This document shows positions 41,427-53,425 of a stretch of 64,000 nt of DNA, piece by piece; within the stretch, counting starts at the first letter, position 1; every line of letters begins with the position of its first letter. The notes under the pieces are model-generated. The model was not told the DNA's origin, did no database searches, and was given only the letters and a program-made list of their open reading frames with translations. Position numbers and translations under genes: made by a program. This DNA comes from Octopus bimaculoides (lineage: Eukaryota). The DNA lies in NCBI RefSeq assembly GCF_001194135.2, contig NC_068988.1:82571781-82635780 (forward strand), in the 5' to 3' direction.

Positions 41427-41475
41427 ATCATAAGAGCAAATGGGACTGCCTCTACTTGAATACATTTGAACTGAA
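41427..41475 (-). CDS. Putative exon F of the minus-strand Gypsy-Pol-derived gene; holds the candidate start ATG (41465-41463), MYSSRGSPICSYD
   Basis: Acceptor tgtttttag| (alternative ttcag| 5 nt downstream), donor GAT|gtaggt. Ends in phase 0, matching the next exon; the join reads SPICSYD-TCYSYP. Confidence 0.55.
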
Positions 41476-41910
41476 CTAAAAACATTTTGAAAAAGAAATG
41501 TTTTTTTCTAGAAACATTTCCTCTGTGAATGGAAAGGATGCAACAGACACCAACTGAAGTACAAAATGAAAAATGTTCCATAACTCATAACATTAGTGAA
41601 GGCATGTGGCTTAGTGTTTAGGGTGTTGGACTCATGATCATAAGATTGTAGTTTCAATTCCTGATGATACGTTATGTTCTTGGGCAAAACACTTCACATT
41701 GCTGAGTGAACTACTCAGCTGGCAAAAATGAGTAATCCTGTGCTGGATTAGTATCCTGTTCAAAGGTGGAGGGAGAATATATGCACCACAGAACCTGGGA
41801 AACTGGATTTATGACTTAGGAAGAAGCTTTATTCTTTTATCCATGACATTAAGTGTTAAAGACATGTTCATCATGGGGAAGAATATGAGGAGTTGCCCAT
41901 CTCTATATCA

Positions 41911-42114
41911 TTAAACCTTTTGTTAATATATTTGTTAAAATACTCTGCATCTGTTTCAATTAATTTTGAGAATATTGAAAAATTTAATAAAATAACTCAT
42001 AATTCAGAAATTAACATAGAATTTTAATGGAAAATTTTAATTTATATCTTTTTGAACCAGTTTCTATCACAGAACCAAGAGAAGTCTCAAGTGGGTTGAT
42101 ATCAAAAGGGTTAA
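41911..42114. mobile_element. piggyBac-like MITE, same family
   Basis: TTAAaccttttg ... caaaagggTTAA; partial copies at about 2045-2270, 3010-3175, 10390-10590, 38090-38230, 49320-49485. Confidence 0.7.
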
Positions 42115-42916
42115 TTATGGACACAAAAGATGATGTAAATGGAAATATAGTTAACCAGGAATTGAAATCATCTCAATTTTGGTAATAAAGGAAGTTTAAC
42201 ACCACACTTCAATGTTCAGAACAATCAGTAATTGGGATTCTATGGGCTCTAAATATATTTGACACTTTATACTATAAAAAGCACTCAGTACAAATTGTTA
42301 AAGTGGTTGGCATTAGGAAAAGCATCCAGCTGTAGAAATCACACCAAAGAAGACATTGATGCAGTCATCAAGCCTGTCAGATACTGTCAAACCATCCTAA
42401 CCATGCCAGCATGGAATAAGGGCATTAGATTATGATGATGACACACTATCGAAAAGTATTAAGTCATCATTCAGTTTAATGTTAAATTGTTTTTAAGTAT
42501 AACTTGACAAAAACATTTACTCGAGAAGACCTGTCCTCTACAGAGGAAGTATTAAGGCCACTTCCCCCAGGAAAGACGATTGGCCTGCAAGAGTTCTGTG
42601 CTCATGCTATATAAAAAGCACTCGTGTTGGTGCCACACAAAAGCGCTTGTGCCAGTGTCATGTTAAAAGCACCCACCACACTGTAAAGTAGCTGGTGTTA
42701 GGAAGGGCATCCAGCTGTAAAAACCAAGCCAAATCAAACTGGAACCTGGAGCAGATCTTCAGCTTGCCAGCTCTTCAGCTTGCCAGCTCTGGTCAATCCT
42801 TCCAACCCTTGCCAGCATAGAAAATGGGTATTAAAGGATGATATGTATATATATATATTTCGTATGTGTATTTTGTGTGCAAGATTCTTGATGTGGATAC
42901 GTGTGTTGAAAGAAAT

Positions 42917-43189
42917 ACAATTAAACCTTGGGAGAGGCATTATGCCGGTAATAAACACACGCACTGGTTCAGTCCTTTATTAATTTATATAGTTTTTTGT
43001 TAAATTATTTCATTGCACTCTTGCAATCTCTTCAGTAACTTGTCTCTCCACTTCCATTTATTTTGATCATCCGAAGAGATTGCAAGAGTGCAATGAAATA
43101 ATTTAACAAAAAACTATATAAATTAATAAAGGACTGAACCAGTGCGTGTGTTTATTACCGGCATAATGCCTCTCCCAAGGTTTAATTGT
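42917..43189. repeat. Perfect 117-bp inverted repeat with a 39-nt spacer
   Basis: 42917-43033 is the exact reverse complement of 43073-43189 (checked by eye). Confidence 0.95.
42999..43039 (-). ncRNA. Minimal type I hammerhead ribozyme-like motif (Penelope-type)
   Basis: GUUA-CUGAAGA-G-AUUGCA(AGAG)UGCAAU-GAAA-UAA-UU-UAAC: core CUGANGA/GAAA, 6-bp stem II, 4-bp stem I, minimal stem III, extra G at the base of stem II. Confidence 0.5.
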
Positions 43190-43253
43190 GTATATATATA
43201 TATATATATATATNNNNNNNNNNNNNNNNNNNNNNNNNNNNNNNNNNNNNNNN

Positions 43254-43304
<51 letters not shown>

Positions 43305-45672
43305 GAGATATAGACACACACATCAGATGTTCATTTGAGATTCCATTGTTCATTTATGAACCAGTTATCTCATGAACAGGTTTATTCCTTGCCATCAAGA
43401 TTTACCAACTATGAACTTGTATGAAGATATTTGAGAAAAGTCTATTGAGGTAATCCATTCTGAAACAAATAAGCAAGCATTCATATAGGGTTAAAGTCAT
43501 TAGCAAAGAATTCTTTAAATACTTGGATTAGGCTATATAAATGAAAAAACAATTACAAGTGAATGAAACTGAAATAGTGAATGAAAATATGCTGGGAAAC
43601 AGGGAAACTAAGGTATCTACCACCAGAATTAAGGACACAACTTCCATGTACATTTAGATTCTATTTGATAACAAACACTGAGAAAATGAGCAGATAAAAA
43701 TGACCAAACATTCGATTATGTCCACAGATGAATGCTCCAAAAAATACAATGAATTTAAAGATAACGATCACTAAATTATGCCAGAAAGTGCAATTTTTTA
43801 AATAGGAACGTTTTGGTAAGTTTAAATCTCCAGATCAATCAAAATGTTGTTTAATCAAATTTAATTCAAGATGTGCATTAATCATATGATTGTCAAACAG
43901 ACTCTAATGAAACATTTTCTTGGGGCTTCTCCCCAGCATCTAATTCCGATCTTAAACAAAATCTCATAATCAGCACAGCTTGATTAAAAAAGAATTCATT
44001 TAAATATTCATATTAAAATCACACCTAATTTGTACAATCTTAATCAATTGAACAGTCAACTGGACAAAGATCAATACATCAAATATATACTGAAGTATCT
44101 ACAGAATCTAATGGGGGGAGGAATAAAAAAAATAAAACATTCAGAAAAAAAGTTTAAAAATACCCATTAAAAATAAATTTATCAAATGCAAAAATTATAT
44201 TCAATTAAAGTGCATATAAAATGAAGTTTCAGCTTTCCATAAATAACAAAAAACTATATTTTATCAAAGGTCAGTGAATTTTTTTTTTTGTTTTGGGTTG
44301 TTTGTTTTTTTTTTTTATGTTTCGATTTGGAATTCTTTTCAAAATGTATTTCCAGTTCAACAATGATCTTCATAAAATTGCTTAGAATTTATTTTTTAAT
44401 TTACATAGATAAAAGGCAAAAACTAAGTAAGAGAATTATTTTACCTTTGAAAGAATCTTATTTGTAGAGTGTTCAGTATTTTTACTTAACAAACCCCAAA
44501 TTGTAATGATTTTCATAGAAACTTATTAGTATCTTTTTTTATATATATATTTCTTAGTTGCGATCAAATTATTAAATTTATTTACAGCATACTAATTTCT
44601 CCTGTTCCTACATTTCATCTGTTTAAATATTACATGTAAGAAACAAATCAAAAAGAAAAATTAACAGATGAGAAAATTATTAAAAACTCTAGATAAGAAC
44701 CATTTAAATGTTGTCTAAGTTATTTCAGACCTGCCCCACCTCAACAACCACCAATGTCTTCCATATAAAAGTCAATAACTGACATTTACTGCTGAGAAGT
44801 AAAATGGAAGATATAGATTTATAACTTGGATGTCATTAATCTATTCTCTCTTCAAAGATTGAAAGCAGCATTCAAAACATCAGTGCTTTTAAAACCAATA
44901 ATAATAATAATAATCTTCTACAAGTGTGTGCGTGTGTGTAAATTTATCTTCAAAGAAACTTGATAATACTTCAACATATGGCATTTTATAGTCTTCAATT
45001 TTAAAAAGATAATTTTTTTCATTTGTTCTTGGTTTGCAAAATTAAAAGGAATATGACTTAGGAAATATTGATTTCATTCCTAGATACATGCCATATATTT
45101 ATGTGAAAGAATAAAAGTCAGTGCTGTTCTTGCCTTTCTCAAAGGCAACAAGTGAATTGGAAAGGAGCAAGAGTTAAAAAAAATTAACTCCCCGGTGCTT
45201 TCCTCACAACTCTAAAAGATGTTAATATACTAAACTATCTTGGTTAGAAAATTTTGATTCTTGAATTTAGGTTAATTAATCGTTGAAAGAGGAACATGAA
45301 CTTCATTTGTAAATGCACAGAAATAAGATAGGTTTGTTTAAATAATAAAATTATCAACAAAAAATAGTTAATAAAAATAAGAATAAAGCCTTTAAAAATA
45401 CAGCAGAAATTATGACAACATTCGACAAAAAATAACAAAAATAGGCACGAACCCAGAAACAAATAGGTTTTTTTTATACTTTATGAATTAACTACATTTT
45501 GATAAAAATAGATATAACTAATATGAGTGGATTGAATTAGTGCAACTATTATAGATGGTTATTAAATACCATCATCATTATGATAAACATGCTAGTTCAC
45601 AGCAACAGGGTCACCACATTCTGAGCGCTACACAGCACATCACACAAAAAGTGAGCAGCAGGTGAGGCCTAC

Positions 45673-45702
45673 CTGGCACTTTGGCCAAAAAGCAGCGATA
45701 AC
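45673..45702 (-). CDS. Candidate upstream micro-exon C (30 nt), coding or 5'UTR; (W)LSLLFGQSA(S) if coding
   Basis: Acceptor gacttatttgtag|, donor CAG|gtaggc. All three frames are open, so coding status is unresolved. Confidence 0.4.
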
Positions 45703-46875
45703 CTACAAATAAGTCAAATAGGGGATATAGGAAGCTGACAATATCGATGTGATTGTGATTTTGAAAAATTTAAAGAAAAGTACAAAACTAGAACTAATTG
45801 CTCATGACACTAAAACAAAATTTCTTTAAAATTCCATTTTTTTTCAGCAAGCGATTTTTTTATATTTGTGATTGTAAAAATAGCAATGACCCAATCAAGT
45901 CGGGAAAATAATTAAAAATTTACTGAAATTCATTTCATTTATGTAAGCAAATCAAATATTTTTGAAAAATACAGCAATCCTCATTATTTATTTTTAAAAA
46001 ACTGCAATAAACTATCTAGATGAAAAAGATAACTTACAGCATGCCTGAATGAAATAACTTGAGAGGATAAATTAACTATAATAGTAGATATATTTCAATA
46101 TTCACCTGATTTAACATTAAAAACAAAAGCTTTCAATAAGGAAAAACAGGGGTATTTTTCTTTCATGCAAGAGTATCACACTTTTTTTTTTTTTTTTTTT
46201 TTTTTCGTTTGCAAAACATTTACATTAAAATTCTATTAAAAAAATTACTGATTTTACAACATAAAAGTTGAATATTGTCAAAAGCAACTAGCATGATATC
46301 TAAAGTAAATAGGCTTTTATTTTTCTTTACAAATACATGCACACCATAGAATTCCTAAAGAATTTATATAAAATAAATTCCTTAAATAAAGATAATTTAT
46401 TCTAAAATTAAAAGTTTCATGGGAACCAATTAATTTTTTTTTTTCTATCTCTTCCCAATTTTACCCTTTACTTCATATCTATACTGGTATAAATGAACAA
46501 GCAATTTCAGAGATTTCATTGAAGTGATTTTAAAACTTAAAACCTTTCCCATATTAGTGTCTATTCACCAAATGAAAACAAATGCCTTATTTTAAAGAAA
46601 AACAACATAGCCATTGCAAAATTCAAAACAAGACTACCTTACTAAATTAACTACTGCACAAGTAAAATTAAATACCAAACTGAATACTTTATTATTTCTC
46701 TTAAAGTAGACATTTAAGTAAATTAGTAACAATTTTATGTAACATGCTTCTTGATTCATAATCTTGCCATAACTTCTAATGAAGTGATTGAATTTTTAAC
46801 CTTACATCCAATTGAAAACGTAAATGAGATGTTAATTTTCAATTGCACTACCACCACCAGTTTCCTTACAATTAC

Positions 46876-46918
46876 CAAAAACCAGTGATAGCCATTGAAG
46901 GTACTGAGACTTTGTTAG
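46876..46918 (-). CDS. Candidate upstream exon B (43 nt), coding or 5'UTR; (S)NKVSVPSMAITGF(W)
   Basis: Acceptor tattttctttag|, donor TG|gtaatt (alternative gtaagg 6 nt further on). Confidence 0.38.
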
Positions 46919-47560
46919 CTAAAGAAAATATTTAACTGAATAGAAGAGAATCAGTAGAGCATGAAGCACAATGTCATGCAATTTTGTTTTATTTTCATTT
47001 TTTTGTTGAAACCATTTATATTCTGAATTTCAATCCTATCAAGGTTAACTTGATTAGCCATGAACTAGTAGACCTGGTTACAAAGGCATTCCAGCCTAGA
47101 TCATGCCAACTTCTTGTAGAACTAAAACTACACTGTCTAACATGACCATGCTATTTTAGGATGCTAGGATGAATTTGGTCACTATTTCTAGCAAGTTACA
47201 GCATAGAGTCCTGCCGCCACCACCACCACCACCACTTCCCATTGGATCATGACAACCATTATAAGTTCATATGTGTCAATACGTACATGTATAGTGTAGA
47301 GCGATAACAAATATTTAGGATATAAACATAGATTTTGGCTCAAAAAGCAAATGAATATTACATACAGAAGTAATAATGCTTGTTTTTAGTCAGTTTGGTG
47401 TCACAACAAGAGAAAGAGGGATAGCAATTTTAGAATAATATCATACAAAAGAATTATTAATGTGTATAAACATGAGGACATAGAGTTGTATTAACTAAGA
47501 CCTTTACTATGAATACCTTGCACATCTTGATTCAAGAGATTTCAATAGAAGAATGCTTAC

Positions 47561-47623
47561 ATTTCTTGGTGCTAAATGTCAAATAAGTAGCTATTTCACA
47601 GATAAACAAACAATAAAATATGC
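47561..47623 (-). CDS. Candidate upstream exon A (63 nt, phase 1->1); IFYCLFICEIATYLTFSTKK
   Basis: Strong acceptor gtttcttttgtcttag|, donor T|gtaagc. One open frame. Confidence 0.45.
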
Positions 47624-48896
47624 CTAAGACAAAAGAAACTACAATGCATATTTGGCGGAGACCAGTATTACAGGCATTGAACTGAAAAACTGTCAAGTAT
47701 ATTTTACCAAGACACAACATTAAAGTTTGTTGTTAAAGAAGTAACATGTAAAATTTATATACTATGAACTGATGGAATATTGCAAAAGTTTACTGCTTAT
47801 GATATACACAATATAGGAAGGTGGATATGTAATGAAACACTATGCTCTGTGGAGAAGAAAATCAATTGCACCTAAAGTATAGAATTAACACTAACTTAAA
47901 ATAACAGAAGAAATAAGACATATATAATAGAAAGCTAGTTAGAGGCAAAGGAATCTTTCAAGAGAAAGTTGTAGGAAAGTAAGAATAAAACAGATAATAC
48001 AGGACTGTAATACAAAGATTAAAGTTAGTTGAGTATATGTTCTTTACAAGAGGTTAACTTCTATTTAATCTTTGATCAATTCTGAAAAATGAGCAAGTTT
48101 TAAAGTGTAAATAAACAATTGAAATGTTCAAGTAGAAAATATTGCAGCAGACACAGTAATGTTCTCTTCTCGAAAAAAAAAAAAAACTTTTTCTTTTTCT
48201 GAAAATAAATAATGAAGTCTTTAACTCTGAACAGTTAATGAAGAATAAAATGAAAGATTAAGTTGTGACTTGATCCTAAAATAATTAGCAATGTGATTTG
48301 AATTTTTATAAAACATATTTCAAGGCTAATTTAGTGGAGACTGTCTTTTCATTATCATTGTTAGATTAATTTGCAGTTTACAGCATTTAGATGCCCCTTC
48401 ATTTTACATGTTTAGCTTCAAAGACAAAGATAACAGTGATCTGATATATGTCGAAGGAGGTGGGAGAGATGGATAAATTTATAATTACCCATTTGGATTA
48501 AATAACAATGATATTAACTACAAATAGAATAAGTAAAGGAAAGGAGGTATTTTAAAGCAGAAACCACAGCTACTGGAAAATGCAATCAGTCACAGATATT
48601 TTAAAGGCTGTCACAGTATTAAAAGTTCAAAGCAGCAGAGAGATAAGCAACTGTACAGAAAGCATGTTCATACCAACACAAAAGACAAAACAAAAACAAA
48701 AATGAAATATTAGAAACATTATAATACAACTTGAGTTATTTATTGCAACATGTCCTTGACACTGTTAGTAGTGAGCTCCGTCACACAAAGAAGCAAAATA
48801 GCATATATATATATNNNNNNNNNNNNNNNNNNNNNNNNNNNNNNNNNNNNNNNNNNNNNNNNNNNNNNNNNNNNNNNNNNNNNNNNNNNNNNNNNN

Positions 48897-48935
<39 letters not shown>

Positions 48936-49541
48936 ATACAGAGAGACTAGCTATCATCCATATGTGCATATATAATATAAGATATATAAGAGGGAGGCAT
49001 GGCTATGTGGTTGTAAAATTTTTCTCACTTCCATGTGGTTTCAGGTTCCATCTCATTGCAATGCTCTCCAGTGTCTTCTATGATAGTCACAAGCAGACAA
49101 AATGTCCTTCTTCATTTGTTTCCAAGTAAAGTAATATTTCTCCATAGCTGGATACATTTTCACAGAAGATTGGAAACAAAGGACGGTTTGTATGGCAAGA
49201 TTGGTCAGTTTGAGGCGTTAGGAGATACAAACCCAAGGTGCCATGTATTGGGACTGAACCTGAAACTATGTGGTTAGGAAGCAAGCTTCTTAACCACATA
49301 GCCATGTCTGTGCACACACATAACCCTTTTGTTACCAACCTGCCTAAGACCATCCGGAGTTCTATGGCACAAATTTCAATTTATGCTCCAAATATCAGCT
49401 TCATTTTGACATTATTTTACTGAATTCATTATTTTGAAAATTAATATTGGCAGTGTTTTTCAACAGAAATATGGTAACAAAAACTTTAAAGAGGAAATAT
49501 CTGGATTATGTTCATTAATGTATGATGCAATACACAATATA

Positions 49542-50409
49542 CAGGGGTTGGACAAAATAATGGAAACACCTAGCATTATAGCATCATAATTTTTAAATAT
49601 CTATAAAACGGTCAAAAGCGTGTTTATTTTTGTGATTTTTAAAATTTATTATTAGTGTTGCTTAATATGTTTTGCTAAAATTGCTGTTTCTTTTCAGATA
49701 CCATCAAAAAAGGTAATTAAAATTCATTAAAATGACAGATCTATCAGACTTTCAAAGAGGTCAAATTGTTGGTGCTCGTATGGCAAGTGCTAGCGTAACA
49801 GAAACAGCTGAAAGGTTTGGTGTATCAAGAAGTACAGTCTTGACAGCCTTTGAGAAAGAGGAAAAAGCCTCCTCATTGAAAAAAAACTCCCAAAGAAAAC
49901 CAAAACTTTCAGATAGGGACTATCGAACTCTTACACGAATTGTGAGAAAGGATTGCAAAAGTACAGCTCCCAAAATTACTGAAGAGCTTAATGACCACCT
50001 CGAGAACCCAGTTTCCACAAAAACTGTTCGCTGGGATCTGCACAAAGCCAGATTTCACGTGAGGGCTGCAATCAGAAAACCACTACTTTCAAAAACAAAC
50101 ATTGCAAAGCATTTAGAGTGGAGTAAAAAGCCTACAGAACTGGTCCCTAGAGCAGTGGAAGAATGTTATTTTAGAAAATTTTAGAAAAACAAGTAAGGAG
50201 TTGATATCCTCCACCATCATCACTACAAGAACTGGAGACTGTTTTAGCTGAAGAATGGACAAAATTCCCTTTGGAAACAATTCAAACTTTGTACGAGTCC
50301 ATACCTCGTAGAATTCAAGCTGTAATTACTGCCAAGGGCAGTACTACCCCATATTAAAATAAATTTGTTTGAAATTTTAAGGTGTTTCCATTTCTCTGTC
50401 CAACTCTTG
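49542..50409 (+). mobile_element. Internally deleted Tc1-like transposon; HTH region open (ORF 49732-50184), DDE core mostly missing
   Basis: 30-bp TIRs (CAGGGGTTGGACAAAATAATGGAAACACCT, 25/30 match), TA TSD. N-terminus MTDLSDFQRGQIVGAR; C-terminal remnant YESIPRRIQAVITAKGSTTPY*. Confidence 0.92.
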
Positions 50410-52028
50410 TATATAAACAATATTTGAAATTTAATGGGCAAGCGCGTGTGTGTGTATGTTTTGAAGTATGTATATTTAGTACTAAGTCATGTAATACTAG
50501 TACATTTAGTACTTGCATATTGCAATATATGTATCTTAAACCATATCAATTAAAGGGCTTGCCTTAATGAGATGTGTATTGTATTGTGTATGGAATGCAT
50601 GCTAAATTGATTATTGACAAAATATACTACTTTTTAGTGAATGAACTTTGATCCAAACCCAACATGGCAATATATGGTGAGTTATTATAAGTCTAAATCA
50701 AATATATATGACATCTATGTTATACTGATCCATTTGTCAAATACCAGCTTCCTAGTTGTTGACAGTACAGATATACATCAGTATATTTTTCCATGCCAAC
50801 ATGGGTTGCAAAGGAACTTATTTCAGCCAGCATTTTGTGGCCAGGTGCCCTTCCTAATGTCAACCAGTACTTGTTTTTAAAGTAAGGGATTATTTGTATT
50901 CCAGAGTTAGAAGACAATGTTTCTGACAGTGAATGTCAACATGATGTCACCAATTTACAGCTCAATGTGCAGAATACAACCATTCATATACATATGGACC
51001 CAGACACACACACACACACATTATATATGAGTTTATGTGTATCAATTTTGCTCACAAAGCATTGCTCAACCTAGACCATGGTAGAAAACACTTAACCAAG
51101 GTATAATGCAATGGAACTGAACCCAAAACCATATACTAGCAAAACACAAACTTCCTAACCATTCAGCCATGCCTATGCTTGTCGTGCATGAGTGCATGTA
51201 CACAAAACTGAAAGAAACCATTATTCCCCTGTGTTCTTCATCCCTCTGGAACTCACTCCACACCAGTGTTATTTCCTCAAACGGTCAGTAGTTTACAATG
51301 AACATTAACCATCGTTATCTCACTCCCCATAATCTCAATACCTGAAGGAGTACAGCCACTACCTTTACTCCTCAGACTAAGTAATCAAAACATACACACT
51401 GACATAGATACAATAATGTCCACTATCTAAGGAAACAAAAGAAAGCCAACCAAATTTCTTTGGAGATGAGTTATTGTTATAATCATGCATAATTTATGAT
51501 TTTACAACAACTTTCTGTTCATTGTCATCACGCACAAAGCGGTTAATAAGTATATAAGCTGTTTCAACAAAGGAGAAATGACAATTTTTACCTTGGCATT
51601 CTTACTGAGTTAGAATGTCAATATATCATCAAAGAAAATAATTATACTCGCATAATATACTATTTAAGCCAAACAAGATACATTAAGAGTTAAGATACAG
51701 CACTCAAAAGCAAATATAAGAAAAGAAAGTGAGTGTGTATATTAAAGAGTAGAGGAATGTTATAGAAAGGGAGGTCACAATCTCATGAATGGAAGAATCG
51801 GTGGTAAAATGATGGCTATTTATAATATTTTACAATTGAAAGGTCATTGGTTCAAATGTATTACATGCATTTTGTTTCTCTTAACAGGAAATTCTGAATC
51901 TCTTTCCAACTGAACTATCAACAAATCTTTGGAGAATGTTATGACATGCTAGGAGAATTCAATCCACAATGAAAGTCACTTCAATTCAACTGAATCTTTT
52001 TCTAAACACTAATATTAGTAACTTCTTT

Positions 52029-52244
52029 AAGGCAGCATGCTGGTAGAGTAGTTAGTGCACCAAGTAAAATGCTTAGCAGCAATTCATCTGTCTTTACATT
52101 CTAAGTTCAAATGCAGCTGGGGTTGATTTTTGTATTTCATCCATTCGGGGTCAATAAAATAAATACCAGCTGAATTCTGGGATCAATATAATCAACTTAC
52201 TCCCTCCCCTAAAACTGCTGGCATTGTCCCAAATTTGAAATCAG
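52029..52244 (+). mobile_element. SINE, same family as 23011-23224
   Basis: Shared head and central domain; 16-bp TSD tattagtaacttcttt / tattattaacttcttt. Confidence 0.8.
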
Positions 52245-53029
52245 TATTATTAACTTCTTTGGATTGCCACAGGAACAAAGTAACAGTTAAAATTATATTT
52301 AAAATCAAAAGAATTCCTCATTCATTATCATCACCATTTAACATTTATTTTCCATGCTGGCATGGATGGTTCGACAGGAGCTGCCAGGTTGCAAGGCTGA
52401 ACCAAACACCAAAGTCAGCTTTCACAAGGTTTCTACAGCTGGGTGCCCTTCCTAATGCCAATCATTTTACAGTATGTACTTTTGAGTACTTCTTTCTCAT
52501 GCTACAGGCACATGTGAAGTTGTCAAGTTAATTGCAAGAAGAGAGACAAAAAAATTATCCTAAAAATATTTCAGAATACGGTAGCTATTGAATAGAACCT
52601 ATATCTTGAAACAAACGCCTCCTTCCATCATTTATATTAAGCTACATTGAGATGAAAATATATTTGATCATCAAACATCCAACTATGAAAAAATGTCCAT
52701 TCCCTGACCCACTCTGCTTCTCTCTATTATATACATACATATACACACCTAAATTGTACACTAGTAATGCACTATGCTCTTTACAACTAGCTAGCTGCAG
52801 CCCCATCTCAGCGTAAACCAACACAGTTACCAATGTTCTGTGTTTCTATCCCAACACACACCAAACATTACATGCAATCTTTCTCTGTAAGGAACTCTTG
52901 TTTGAGACAATTCATTTCCATTCTACATTGGTAAAGTTCCATATTTACCAAAAACCTCTCATCCGCCACCTCTAGTAGTTCATGAAAAATGATTTTCCCT
53001 CTCAGATACAATAAGAAGACAAACACTGT

Positions 53030-53425
53030 AGGTGCAAGCATGGTTGCATGCTTAAAAGCTTAGTTCCCACCTATGTAGTCTTTGATTCAGTCCTACTTAA
53101 CTATAGCTCCAGACCAACCAAGGCCTTGTGAGTGGATTTGGTAGATGGAAGGTGAAAGAAGTTCATCATATATAAGTTTGTGTATGTGACTGCCTTTGTT
53201 TTAATATCATATAACGATAATAAACAAGCATCACCATCATATAAGCAATGCTGTTCATGTCCAGTCTTCCATGAAGAACATGTCTGGCCATGGAGAAATA
53301 TTAACCAGTTTGGAAACAAGTGAGGATTGGCAACAGGAAGGGCATCTGGTTGTAGAAAATCAGCTTCAACAAATTCCATTTAACCCATGCAAACATGGAA
53401 AAGTAGATACAAAACGATGATGATC
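53030..53425 (+). mobile_element. Copy of the abundant SINE family with RTE-like tail
   Basis: gaccaaccaaggccttgtgagtggatttggtagatgg... ending in catgcaaacatggaaaagtagatacaaaacgatgatgat. Confidence 0.75.

Noticed and set aside
44730-44790. Candidate exon SKCQLLTFIWKTLVVVEVGQ (phase 2->0)
   Set aside because: Poor donor (gtctga); exon 41427-41475 fits the same phases better.
51341-51426. Strong acceptor and CAG|gtattg donor on the minus strand
   Set aside because: Stops in all frames and it lies in a decayed repeat; nothing links it to the gene model.
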